A stretch of 32,000 nt of DNA from an uncultured Alphaproteobacteria bacterium (GTDB lineage Bacteria > Pseudomonadota > Alphaproteobacteria > Rs-D84 > CACZYB01). A program made the translations under genes and the position numbers. How positions within the stretch are numbered: the first letter of the stretch is position 1; every line of letters starts with the position of its first letter. The notes under the pieces were generated by a model. That model was not told the origin of the DNA and made no database searches. It worked only from the letters and a program-made list of their open reading frames with translations. This document shows, one piece after another, positions 8,947 through 17,577 of this stretch. The DNA is taken from assembly GCA_934246625.1 (NCBI GenBank), contig CAKQHZ010000004.1, positions 28,141-60,140 on the forward strand. Reading direction: 5' to 3'.

Positions 8947-9656
8947 TATTTTTTCCCTTTGAATTCTGAAACTGGTCCATCATAGTGAAGAACACCGTCC
9001 AGTATATAAATAAGGCGTTTTGCATAATTGGCAATGTCTGGTTCGTGTGTAACAAGGACTATGGTTTTTCCTTCCTTGTTTAATTCGGTGAATAAATCCA
9101 TTATTTCAATAGAGGTTTTTGTATCAAGGTTTCCAGTTGGTTCATCGGCAAGAATTAACGTTGGTTCGTTTATAAGTGCACGAGCGATGGCTACACGTTG
9201 TTGCATACCACCAGAAATTTGATTTGGAAAACGGTCAATGAATTTGCCAAGTTTTACATGCTCTAGCATTGTTTTTGCCTTTTCATGTTGGCAATTTAGG
9301 TTATAGCCAGAATAAATAAGTGGGATACAAACATTGTCAAGCAAAGTTCGTTTCATTAAAAGGTTAAATCCCTGAAACACAAAGCCGATTTTTTTATTTC
9401 GAATATCGGCAAGTTGGTCGTCGTTCATTGATGATACAATTTGCCCATCAATTTCATAAGTGCCTGCGGTTGGTTTATCAAGACATCCAAGAGTGTTCAT
9501 CAATGTTGATTTACCACTTCCTGATGGCCCCATAATTGCAACAAATTCTCCTTCGTGTATTTCAAAATTTATGTCTTTTAAAACAGGATAACTGTTGCCA
9601 CCTTCCATAAAATAGGTTTTATATAAATGTTTAACCTCTATAACTTTATTAGTCAT
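8946..9656 (-). CDS. ABC transporter ATP-binding protein (MacB/LolD-type)
   Basis: Walker A 'GPSGSGKST', signature '[15 protein letters not shown]', Walker B '[11 protein letters not shown]', H-loop 'VTHE'. Confidence 0.92.
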   Translation of the reverse strand: MTNKVIEVKHLYKTYFMEGGNSYPVLKDINFEIHEGEFVAIMGPSGSGKSTLMNTLGCLDKPTAGTYEIDGQIVSSMNDDQLADIRNKKIGFVFQGFNLLMKRTLLDNVCIPLIYSGYNLNCQHEKAKTMLEHVKLGKFIDRFPNQISGGMQQRVAIARALINEPTLILADEPTGNLDTKTSIEIMDLFTELNKEGKTIVLVTHEPDIANYAKRLIYILDGVLHYDGPVSEFKGKK

Positions 9657-9668
9657 ATTAGTTTTCCT

Positions 9669-10886
9669 TTACATTGGACCGCCAGGACCACGTCTTCTTT
9701 GATTGTTGGAATTGGTTTTGGTTTGTTTTTTACCTTCATAGTTAAAGTCAGAAATGACCTTATCATTATTTGAAAGTTCATCAGAAATTATTTCTGTGAT
9801 GCTTCCGTTTGTGATGCCCTTTTTAACTTTGATTGCGGTGATGGTGTTTGTTTTGTCGTCATATTTATATACAAAACCTTCGCCAACATTAAGTTTTTTA
9901 TTTTCAGGATAGATTACTTTATCCATCAAAATATCATCAGGGCGATATTGTAAAGTTATATTATCAAGTGTTTTTACATTGTCCTTTTCTTGAGTATTGA
10001 TTTCAACAAATGCAGTCATTCCAGGGAGAAGTTTATTATCCTTGTTATCAATTTTTATGATTACATTATAGATAACAACATTTTGTTCAGTTGTTGGTTT
10101 AAGGCGGACTTGGTCCACAACACCACGAAATGTTTCAAGTGGAAAGGCATCAACTGTGAAATCAACATTTTGACCTTTTTTAATGTTGCCTATGTCGGCT
10201 TCGGAAATGCTTGCTTCGATTTGCATTTTCTTTAAATCTTCGGCAATAGTGAAAAGTGTAGGAGCAGAGAAAGATGATGCGATTGTTTGACCTTCCTCAA
10301 CGTCCTTTGAAATAACAACACCGGATACAGGTGAAGTAATTCGAGCATATTCCATATTACGTTTGCTTCGTTCGTAATTTGATGTTGCAGAAATATAGTC
10401 GGCTTCTGATGAAGTGAGTTCGGTTTGTGCTTGGTCTAATTCAACCTTTGCAATATAACCAGAATTGAAAAGTTCTTCTATTCTGTTTTTATTTAGTTTT
10501 GCAAGGTCGTATTTTGCCTTTGCTTGCATCATTTTTGCTTTTGTAGAATTGATGTCTTCGATAAGTAATGATTTATCAATTTCGGCAAGAAGTTGACCTT
10601 GCTTTACATTATCATTGTAATCAACGTAAATTTTATCGATACGGCCAGAAACTTGGGCTCCAACAGATACAACATTGACAGGGTTAACGGCACCAGTTGC
10701 ACTGACCTTTGTCTTTATATCTTGATTTTGAATAGTTGAAAATTCAAAATTTGTTGGTTTTAGTTTTAATTCAGAAGGAGTGGAAAAGAATTTTTTCCCA
10801 ATTATTAAAATTATGAAAATTAAAATTATATAAATAATTCGTTTTTTCCAATTTGCTTTTTTTGTTGGGATATTAACTGTTTCCAC
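9669..10886 (-). CDS. Efflux periplasmic adaptor (HlyD/MacA family membrane fusion protein)
   Basis: N-terminal TM anchor, biotinyl-lipoyl-like segments ('VSGRIDKIYVDYNDNVKQGQLLAEID', 'ITSPVSGVV'), and a coiled-coil hairpin between them. Confidence 0.85.
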   Translation of the reverse strand: METVNIPTKKANWKKRIIYIILIFIILIIGKKFFSTPSELKLKPTNFEFSTIQNQDIKTKVSATGAVNPVNVVSVGAQVSGRIDKIYVDYNDNVKQGQLLAEIDKSLLIEDINSTKAKMMQAKAKYDLAKLNKNRIEELFNSGYIAKVELDQAQTELTSSEADYISATSNYERSKRNMEYARITSPVSGVVISKDVEEGQTIASSFSAPTLFTIAEDLKKMQIEASISEADIGNIKKGQNVDFTVDAFPLETFRGVVDQVRLKPTTEQNVVIYNVIIKIDNKDNKLLPGMTAFVEINTQEKDNVKTLDNITLQYRPDDILMDKVIYPENKKLNVGEGFVYKYDDKTNTITAIKVKKGITNGSITEIISDELSNNDKVISDFNYEGKKQTKTNSNNQRRRGPGGPM

Positions 10887-10900
10887 TTTTGTCTCCTTTG

Positions 10901-12277
10901 TTATTGTAATGTGCCTAAGTTTTTAAGGTTTAATTCCCCAGCTGTTTTTAATAGGGCAACTTTAGATGTGTATAATCCGTATTGTGCGGAAATGTAAGCC
11001 TTTCGTGCAGAAACCAATTTTGATTGTGCTTCCATAAGACTTATTATGTCGCCTTTACCAGCCTTGTATGAACCAAGTGCAACTTGTTCGTTTTCGATTG
11101 CACTTTCAAGCATTTTGGTTGCAAGAGTTAAACTTTTTATACTTGTTTTATATGAATTGTAGGCATTTACAACGCTTAGTTCGATTTCTTGTTCAAGTTG
11201 TTGTAATGCTTCCTTTTCTGCTGCGTAAGAGAATTTAGCATTTCTTAAAGAATAAGTGTTTTCAAAACCTGTGAATATAGGAAGTGAAATTTTTACACCG
11301 ATAGAACGACTTTCACGATCCTTTTTCACATTATCAATTTCTGCGTCTTCGTCAATCCATGATTTGCTTGCGAATCCAGAAATTGTTGGGAAATATGTTG
11401 CACTTGCTTGTCTTACTTTTGCATAAGATGCCTTTACATCAGCAACTTTTGCTGCAAGGTCAGGACGTTTTTTCATTGCAATATCAATAATGTCTTCAAC
11501 CTTTTTTGAAAGAAGTTCATCAGATGTGTTTGCATAAGATGATACAAGTTTTATATCCATACTTGGTGGAAGACCAAGAAGTTTTGCAAGTTTTGCCTTT
11601 GATTCAATAACGGTTTGTTCTTGCTTTGTAGTTTCAAGTTGTCTTTGGATATAAGTTGTTTCTGTTTGAAGTGTGTCGGCCTTTGATGACATACCAAGTT
11701 CAAACTTTTTGAATGCAAGTTCGAATGATTTTTTACTTGCTTCCTCATCAGCCTTTACAGCAGCGAGTTCTTCAATAGCAGAAAGTGTGTTATAGTAAGT
11801 AGATATAACATTATAAGCAACAGTTTGTAATGTATCATTATATTTGAAATTTGAAGAATTCATTGCTTGGTATGTTTGTTCAACTTGTGCTTCTCGTTTT
11901 CCAAAATCATATAAAAGCCAGTTAAGTGATAATGTGCCACTTAATTCCTTTCCATTGATTTCTGCATTTGGGTCAACTGTGAAATCAGTATTTTTACTGT
12001 CCTGATAATTTGCACTTGCAGAAATTTGTGGATAATATGAAGCCAAAGATTTTTTGTATGTTGTTGAGCCAACTTTTGTATTTAACCATGCTTGTCTTGT
12101 TTGTGGATTGTTGCACATTGAAAGTTCAATCACATCAGCAAGATTAAGTTCATCAGTTTCAACATTTTTTGTGATGTTGCATGATTTACTTATTTCAAAA
12201 GTTGATTTATTTAATGTTTCAGCGTTTGCATTTGCAGAAACAAATAAAGTTGATAACAATAGTACAAATTTTTTCAT
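10901..12277 (-). CDS. TolC-family outer membrane efflux channel
   Basis: Signal peptide MKKFVLLLSTLFVSANANA, with two-fold repeated OEP architecture of alternating coiled-coil and beta segments. It is the first gene of the 4-gene operon. Confidence 0.85.
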   Translation of the reverse strand: MKKFVLLLSTLFVSANANAETLNKSTFEISKSCNITKNVETDELNLADVIELSMCNNPQTRQAWLNTKVGSTTYKKSLASYYPQISASANYQDSKNTDFTVDPNAEINGKELSGTLSLNWLLYDFGKREAQVEQTYQAMNSSNFKYNDTLQTVAYNVISTYYNTLSAIEELAAVKADEEASKKSFELAFKKFELGMSSKADTLQTETTYIQRQLETTKQEQTVIESKAKLAKLLGLPPSMDIKLVSSYANTSDELLSKKVEDIIDIAMKKRPDLAAKVADVKASYAKVRQASATYFPTISGFASKSWIDEDAEIDNVKKDRESRSIGVKISLPIFTGFENTYSLRNAKFSYAAEKEALQQLEQEIELSVVNAYNSYKTSIKSLTLATKMLESAIENEQVALGSYKAGKGDIISLMEAQSKLVSARKAYISAQYGLYTSKVALLKTAGELNLKNLGTLQ

Positions 12278-12303
12278 TTTTTACTCCTTAAAATAATGAA
12301 AAG

Positions 12304-12332
12304 AGTATAACAACAAATATTGACAGAGTCAA
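12304..12332 (-). promoter_or_regulatory. Sigma70-like promoter of the tolC-macA-ABC operon
   Basis: On the minus strand: TTGACT (12332-12327), a 17-nt spacer, then TATACT (12309-12304). SD AAGGAG (12289-12284) precedes the ATG at 12277. Confidence 0.45.
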
Positions 12333-12333
12333 T
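12319..12333. promoter_or_regulatory. Perfect palindrome ATTGAC-AGA-GTCAAT overlapping the -35 of the efflux promoter (candidate operator)
   Basis: Read directly. A second inverted repeat, TATAGGT-N6-ACCTATA, lies at 12350-12369. Confidence 0.35.
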
Positions 12334-12406
12334 TATATTTCTTTGCTTTTATAGGTGTCTATACCTATACAAATATGTCAAATTTTTAACAAAAAAATAT
12401 AAAAAA

Positions 12407-12430
12407 AAACTCTCCAAATAAGGAGAGTTT
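12407..12430 (-). terminator. Rho-independent terminator downstream of the LysM gene
   Basis: Stem AAACTCTCC/GGAGAGTTT with loop AAATAA. On the minus strand it is followed by a long T-run (the A-run at 12392-12409 on plus). Confidence 0.7.
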
Positions 12431-12451
12431 TTATTGAATAGATATTAGAAG

Positions 12452-13666
12452 TTATTTTCTTTTTTTGTTTTCAATAACAGCCTTTGTTTTTAATTCGTTA
12501 AATTTTGGACTGTTCTTTTTTACAACTGAAAATACTTGGCCAACATAAATTTTGTTTGGATCTTTGATTTGTGATTTGTTTGCTTCAAAGATTACAACAT
12601 AATTTGTGCCTTTACCATATTCTTTAAGAGCTAAATTCCATAGGCAATCACCTTTTTTGATAACAACCATAGAATTTTCACCATCGATAAGAACAGGTGT
12701 AAATTTGTATTCTACACGTTTTATAACTTTGCCTTTTGAATTTACCATATCGGCACGGATAACTTGTTGATTATCTGATAATTCAAAAGATGTATCAATA
12801 GTCCAGTTGCCAGATTTGTTTGCAACAACACTTGATATAAGTTTGTTATTCATATAAAGATTAACTTTTAAGTTTTTCTTTGCTGTTCCTTCTACATGGA
12901 AATCGCCTTTTTCGTTATAGTCGATTTTTGCAATGCGAAGAGCACCGATGTTTTGACCCTTTGGAGCTTTGATGATTTTTGAAACTTTGTTATCACCCAT
13001 AATTGCACCAACTTCATCATTGCCTTTTTTAGATACATGAAGCACAGCAGATTGTTTGCTTTTGATTTTTTCACCCTTGTCATTTAATACAAAAAGTGAA
13101 AGTTTTCTGTTGCCAACAGGAAGGGCTTTCTTTGGAATAAATACCCATTGTCCGTTTTCATCAGCAACTTCTGTGCCAATTTCTTTACCATTGTCAAGGA
13201 TATGAACTATATCACCAGCTTTTGCTTGACCTGCAATAACAGCTTCACCTTTTTCCATACGAACAATATCAAAAGATGGATAGATTATTTCTTCGGCCTT
13301 TGTTTCTTTTTTAGAGAAAAGTTTTGACCACCAGCTTTCTTTTTTAGTTTCGTTATTTTTTACATCTTTTTTGGCTGGTTGTTCTTGTTTTACAGGTTCA
13401 ATTGTTGCAACATTTGCCTTGTCTGTGTTAAATAAAGATGCAACCCAAATTGTAATTGCAATAAGAACAATGAAAATCACAGTTGCGATTGCGAATTTTT
13501 TTTGTTTGTCAGATAATTTCTTTTCTTTTAATTTTTTGTATTTTGCTTTTACTTTATCTTTGAAAGATGTTTTTTGTTTAGCAGGTTGTTGTTTTACAAC
13601 TTCCTTTTTTTCTTCTGTTGAAGGGGAAGAAGTTGTTGTTGTTAAGATAGGTTCTTTTTTTTCCAT
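12452..13666 (-). CDS. LysM peptidoglycan-binding envelope protein (Lys-rich N-terminus, TM anchor, two Ig-like repeats, C-terminal LysM)
   Basis: C-terminal LysM 'VVIKKGDCLWNLALKEYGKGTNYVVIFEANKSQIKDPNKIYVGQVF'. TM 'FAIATVIFIVLIAITIWVA'. Repeat motif 'PSFDIVRMEKGEAVIAGQAKAGDIV...ADENGQWVF'. Start chosen at 13666 (MEKKEP), preceded by AGGAG; the ORF-track start at 13696 has no SD. Confidence 0.8.
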   Translation of the reverse strand: MEKKEPILTTTTSSPSTEEKKEVVKQQPAKQKTSFKDKVKAKYKKLKEKKLSDKQKKFAIATVIFIVLIAITIWVASLFNTDKANVATIEPVKQEQPAKKDVKNNETKKESWWSKLFSKKETKAEEIIYPSFDIVRMEKGEAVIAGQAKAGDIVHILDNGKEIGTEVADENGQWVFIPKKALPVGNRKLSLFVLNDKGEKIKSKQSAVLHVSKKGNDEVGAIMGDNKVSKIIKAPKGQNIGALRIAKIDYNEKGDFHVEGTAKKNLKVNLYMNNKLISSVVANKSGNWTIDTSFELSDNQQVIRADMVNSKGKVIKRVEYKFTPVLIDGENSMVVIKKGDCLWNLALKEYGKGTNYVVIFEANKSQIKDPNKIYVGQVFSVVKKNSPKFNELKTKAVIENKKRK

Positions 13667-13909
13667 TTTTAACACTCCTATATATAGGTTAAACAATATT
13701 TGTTGTCAAAATTAAACCTTTTTTGCATAAATGTCAAGAATATAATGAATTTTGTCAAATTGAAATTATTGCATAGGAAAAACAAGAAGTTATATTGATT
13801 TTTTAATTGCTTTTTATATGTGATAAGTTTGTGTCTTTCAGATTTCTGTTGAAATTTTTCTTTAAATGGTATATTTTTAAAGCACTTTAATATTTATAGG
13901 AGTAAAATT

Positions 13910-14476
13910 ATGAAACAACAAGCTAATCAAATCAGACCAGGTTGGGTTATCCTTAATAATGGAAAACAATATACTGTTATCGGTATTCAAATCCTTCAAC
14001 CAGGTAAGGGTGGTGCATTCATTCAAGTTGAAATGCGTGATGTTGAAACTGGTCTTAAAACTCAAGAAAGATGGAGAACTGTTGATACAGTTGAAAAACT
14101 TCTTGCTGAAGATAAAAACTATCAATTCCTTTATGCTGAAGGTGATGACCTTGTATTTATGGAAGAAGAAACTTATGAACAAATCAATGTTTCAAAAGAT
14201 ATTTTAGGTGATAGACTTCCTTTGCTTCAAGATGGTATGAAAGTTATTATTTCTTCTATTGAAGGAAAGCCTGTTTCTATACAACTTCCTAAAACTGTTA
14301 TTGCTAAAATCGTTGAAACAGAACCTGTTGTAAAGGGACAAACTGCAACTGGTTCATTTAAACCTGCTATACTTGATAATGGTATCAGAGTTATGGTTCC
14401 TCAATTTATTGATGCAGGTGATGATATTGTTATTTTAACAGACGATTTAACATATATTGAACGTGCAAAAAAATAA
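13910..14476 (+). CDS. efp: Translation elongation factor P
   Basis: 188 aa, 'QPGKGGAFIQVEMRDVETG' loop, three-domain EF-P layout, SD AGGAG upstream. Confidence 0.95.
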   Translation: MKQQANQIRPGWVILNNGKQYTVIGIQILQPGKGGAFIQVEMRDVETGLKTQERWRTVDTVEKLLAEDKNYQFLYAEGDDLVFMEEETYEQINVSKDILGDRLPLLQDGMKVIISSIEGKPVSIQLPKTVIAKIVETEPVVKGQTATGSFKPAILDNGIRVMVPQFIDAGDDIVILTDDLTYIERAKK

Positions 14477-14496
14477 ATTTTTGTTTTGTGATTTAA

Positions 14497-14526
14497 AACC
14501 TCTTTCTTTTGAAAGGGGTTTTTTAT
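14497..14526 (+). terminator. Rho-independent terminator of efp
   Basis: Stem AACCTCTTTC/GAAAGGGGTT (one G-T wobble pair) with loop TTTT, followed by a T-run. Confidence 0.7.
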
Positions 14527-14561
14527 TGCGATATTTTTATTTTTTGGTAAAATAGTCGATT

Positions 14562-15173
14562 ATGATAGTAAAAAATTTTATAAAAAGTCCGCTGGATAAC
14601 AATAATTATGTCCTTATTGATGAAAAATCAAAGGAAGCTGTGCTTTTTGATTGCAGTGAACCTTGCGATGATATTATGGATTATATTGTTTCAATGGGGG
14701 CAAAGTTAAAATATATATTCCTTACACATGGACATTTCGACCACGTTTTAGGTGTTAATTATTTTAGGGAAAAATATAATGTGCCAGTTTATATTTATAA
14801 AGATGATAAGCCTTTATTAAACTATATTGGTGATTATATAAGTGGTGCAAGTGTTCCTGTTGTCGATGATGTAATTGATGAGCAAAGCAAATTTTTTATT
14901 GGCAGTCATCAAATTAAAATTATTCATACCGCTGGGCATAGTAAGGGAAGTGCTTGCTTTTTAGTGGAAGATAACCTTTTTTCTGGGGATACTTTGTTCT
15001 TTCATACTTATGGAAGAACGGATTTACCAACGGGAAGTGATGAAGATATGTTTGAAAGTTTGACTAAACTTTTTTCATTGCTTTCTGATGATGTGAAGGT
15101 ATTTCCTGGTCATGGAAAGCCTACTTCAATAGGGGCTGAAAAAATAAGATATAATTTAAGAAAGGATTTTTAA
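14562..15173 (+). CDS. MBL-fold metallo-hydrolase (glyoxalase II-like)
   Basis: 'LTHGHFDH' (HxHxDH), 'HTAGHS', 'DTLF', 'PGHG'; about 200 aa. Confidence 0.8.
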   Translation: MIVKNFIKSPLDNNNYVLIDEKSKEAVLFDCSEPCDDIMDYIVSMGAKLKYIFLTHGHFDHVLGVNYFREKYNVPVYIYKDDKPLLNYIGDYISGASVPVVDDVIDEQSKFFIGSHQIKIIHTAGHSKGSACFLVEDNLFSGDTLFFHTYGRTDLPTGSDEDMFESLTKLFSLLSDDVKVFPGHGKPTSIGAEKIRYNLRKDF

Positions 15174-15884
15174 ATGACAGTATATGTATTTGATATGGAT
15201 GGAACTTTGACTCCTCCAAGAAAACCTATGACAGAAGAATTTAGCAAGAAATTTTTGCCATGGTTGAATGAAAATAAGGCTTTTATTGCGACAGGTTCAA
15301 ATCTTGAAAAGGTGATAGAGCAGGTAAGTCCAGAAATTATGAATGCCTTTACTGGAATATATTGTTCAATGGGTAATGAATTATGGAAAAAGGGTAAATA
15401 TGTTTATCAAAATGATTTTGTTCCAGATGAAAAGTTGATTGAAAAATTGGAAGAGTATCGTAAGAATACGACTTATCCATATCAACTTTATCCAAATTAT
15501 ATTGAACGTCGTGTTGGTATGATTAACTTTAGCGTGCTTGGTCGTGATTGCCCTTATGAAGAACGTTTGCGTTATCAAGCATGGGATAAGGAAAATTGTG
15601 AACGTGAAAAACTTAGCCAAGAATTAAAAACTATGTTCCCACAATATGAATTTTGTGTTGGTGGGTCTATATCAATGGATATTATCCCTAATGGTTGTAG
15701 CAAAGCTCAAGTTGCACAAAAACTTCGTGATGACTATCCTGATGAAGAAATTATTTTCTTTGGTGATAAAACAATGGTTGGTGGAAACGATTATGAATTG
15801 GCGTTTGCGTTGTCTGAGCTTGACAATACTTTAGTTGTGCAAGTTGATAGTCCAGATGATGTCCTTAAATTTTTAAAGATATAA
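15174..15884 (+). CDS. Phosphomannomutase, eukaryotic PMM/Sec53 type (HAD-IIB)
   Basis: 'FDMDGTLTPPRKPMT', 'ERRVGMINFSVLGRDCPYEERL', 'GGSISMDIIP', and 'IIFFGDKTMVGGNDYE' align closely with the human PMM2 / yeast Sec53 signature blocks I recall. The start directly abuts the MBL hydrolase stop. Confidence 0.85.
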   Translation: MTVYVFDMDGTLTPPRKPMTEEFSKKFLPWLNENKAFIATGSNLEKVIEQVSPEIMNAFTGIYCSMGNELWKKGKYVYQNDFVPDEKLIEKLEEYRKNTTYPYQLYPNYIERRVGMINFSVLGRDCPYEERLRYQAWDKENCEREKLSQELKTMFPQYEFCVGGSISMDIIPNGCSKAQVAQKLRDDYPDEEIIFFGDKTMVGGNDYELAFALSELDNTLVVQVDSPDDVLKFLKI

Positions 15885-15891
15885 TAAATAA

Positions 15892-15917
15892 AAAAAGAGG
15901 TTTTGAAGCCTCTTTTT
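15892..15917. terminator. Bidirectional rho-independent terminator; left boundary of the PKS-like cluster
   Basis: AAAAAGAGG-loop-CCTCTTTTT hairpin with an A-run 5' and a T-run 3', between convergent genes (PMM and the lipoprotein). Confidence 0.65.
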
Positions 15918-15923
15918 TTGTGA

Positions 15924-16343
15924 TTATTTTTTGATTACAGTTCCACGAAGTGCAACACCACTCATAATATGACCTTCCATACATTGGAATTCTGTATTGC
16001 TCCAATATGGATTTTTTTTGTAGTAGCTGTGGATATTTACAACTGCGTTTCCACCTTCTTTTACTGCTCGTGCTTGTAATGATATTAAAGCTGATGTAAA
16101 GGCACGACCGCAAGAGTTAGGAATAGATTTTCCAACATTGTTTGTTTTTTTGTTTGATGTCCATGTGCCAATAGTTTTTCCCTTTACTGATTTTTTACCA
16201 AATGAAAGTTCGATGTTTGGGTTTAGCTTTTCTTTTGCAAGTTTTGAATTTAGTTGTTCTTTGATTGGTAAATTTACCATACCAGCAGAAGAACAAGCAG
16301 AAAGTAATATTGTTAATCCAATTATATTTAGTGTTTTTTTCAT
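15924..16343 (-). CDS. Lipoprotein of unknown function, last gene of the KS-DH-KR-KS operon
   Basis: Lipobox 'LLSAC' after MKKTLNIIGLTI. Only a 1-nt gap from the upstream KS stop. The conserved-looking C-terminal half is (AVKEGGNAVVNI...QCMEGHIMSGVALRGTVI). Confidence 0.7.
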   Translation of the reverse strand: MKKTLNIIGLTILLSACSSAGMVNLPIKEQLNSKLAKEKLNPNIELSFGKKSVKGKTIGTWTSNKKTNNVGKSIPNSCGRAFTSALISLQARAVKEGGNAVVNIHSYYKKNPYWSNTEFQCMEGHIMSGVALRGTVIKK

Positions 16344-16344
16344 A

Positions 16345-17577
16345 TTAGTTTCCTTTCATTTTTTTTAATATAATAGATGTATTGATACCACCAAATGCAA
16401 AGTTGTTTGTTATTATGTATTCTGTATCAATAGTTCTTGCTTCACCCATAATATAATCAAGTTTTCCACATTCGTCATCTGGGGTGTCAAGATTAAGTGT
16501 TGGGGTGAACCAATTGTTATTCATCATTTCGGTTGCCCAAATTGTTTCTAAGGCACCGCAGGCTCCTAATGTATGACCTGTATAGCTTTTTAATGAACTT
16601 ATCGGTGTTTTGTTTCCAAATATTGCCTCTGTTGCAATGGTTTCAGCAATGTCGCCTTGTTTAGTGGCTGTTCCGTGTGCATTGATATAGCCAATTTGAC
16701 TTTCTTTAAGTTCAGCAGAATCCAAAGCCAATCCCATACATTTTGCCATAGTAATGCTGTTTGGGTGGGTGATGTGTGTGCCATCGGTGTTTGTTCCAAA
16801 GCCGACTATTTCCGCAATGATTTTTGCACCACGAGCTTTTGCGTGTTCGTATTCTTCCAAAATCAAAGTGCCAGCACCTTCACCAATGACTAAACCATCA
16901 CGGTTTTTATCAAATGGAGATGGAGTTTTATTTGGGGTGTTATTCTTTATACTTGTTGCAAAAAGTGTATCAAATACAGCAATTTGTGTAGGGCTAAATT
17001 CTTCGGCTCCACCAGCAATCATAACATCTTGGCTTCCACTTTTGATTGCTTCGTATGCATAACCTATGGCAAGGCTTCCCGATGTGCAAGCAGTTCCAGT
17101 TGGTATAAATCTTCCTGTTGTTTTAAAGTAAAGGGAAAGGTTGACTCCTGCTGTGTGTGGCATAATTTTTATATATGTAGATGAATTAAATGAACCAATT
17201 TCATTATTTTTTAACATACCAAAGAAATCGTTGATTGGTTCAATGGAACCGAATGAAGAACCATAAGCAACTCCAGTTCTTCCATTTGTAATGCAATCAT
17301 TGTTTTCAAGACCGGCTTGCTTTATGGCTTGTTCGGCTGAATATAATGCCAAAATTGATACTGGGCCCATAGAGCGAAGAACCTTTCTTGTATAATGTGC
17401 TGGCATTTCGAATTTCATTGCTGGGGACGCAAGGTGTGCATTAAGTCCCTTGTATTTTTCAAGTTCAGGTAAAGTTTGAACTGCATTTTCGAATTTGTGT
17501 AATCTTTCCCATGTTGAAGAAAGACTGCAACCAAGAGGGCTTACTACTCCCATACCAGTGATAACAACTCGTCGCAT
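16345..17577 (-). CDS. Beta-ketoacyl-ACP synthase (FabF/KAS II-like; ApeR-like position)
   Basis: Active-site Cys 'TGTACTSGS', His 'NAHGTAT', His 'YTGHTLGACG', C-terminal 'NNFAFGGINTS'. Confidence 0.9.
   Translation of the reverse strand: MRRVVITGMGVVSPLGCSLSSTWERLHKFENAVQTLPELEKYKGLNAHLASPAMKFEMPAHYTRKVLRSMGPVSILALYSAEQAIKQAGLENNDCITNGRTGVAYGSSFGSIEPINDFFGMLKNNEIGSFNSSTYIKIMPHTAGVNLSLYFKTTGRFIPTGTACTSGSLAIGYAYEAIKSGSQDVMIAGGAEEFSPTQIAVFDTLFATSIKNNTPNKTPSPFDKNRDGLVIGEGAGTLILEEYEHAKARGAKIIAEIVGFGTNTDGTHITHPNSITMAKCMGLALDSAELKESQIGYINAHGTATKQGDIAETIATEAIFGNKTPISSLKSYTGHTLGACGALETIWATEMMNNNWFTPTLNLDTPDDECGKLDYIMGEARTIDTEYIITNNFAFGGINTSIILKKMKGN

Noticed and set aside
13371-14207. ORFs 13371-13715 (+), 13877-14182 (-) and 13959-14207 (+) overlapping the LysM gene and efp
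   Set aside because: They are antisense or alternative-frame products of strongly supported genes (a LysM domain protein and EF-P). Their sequences are low complexity and have no start-site support.
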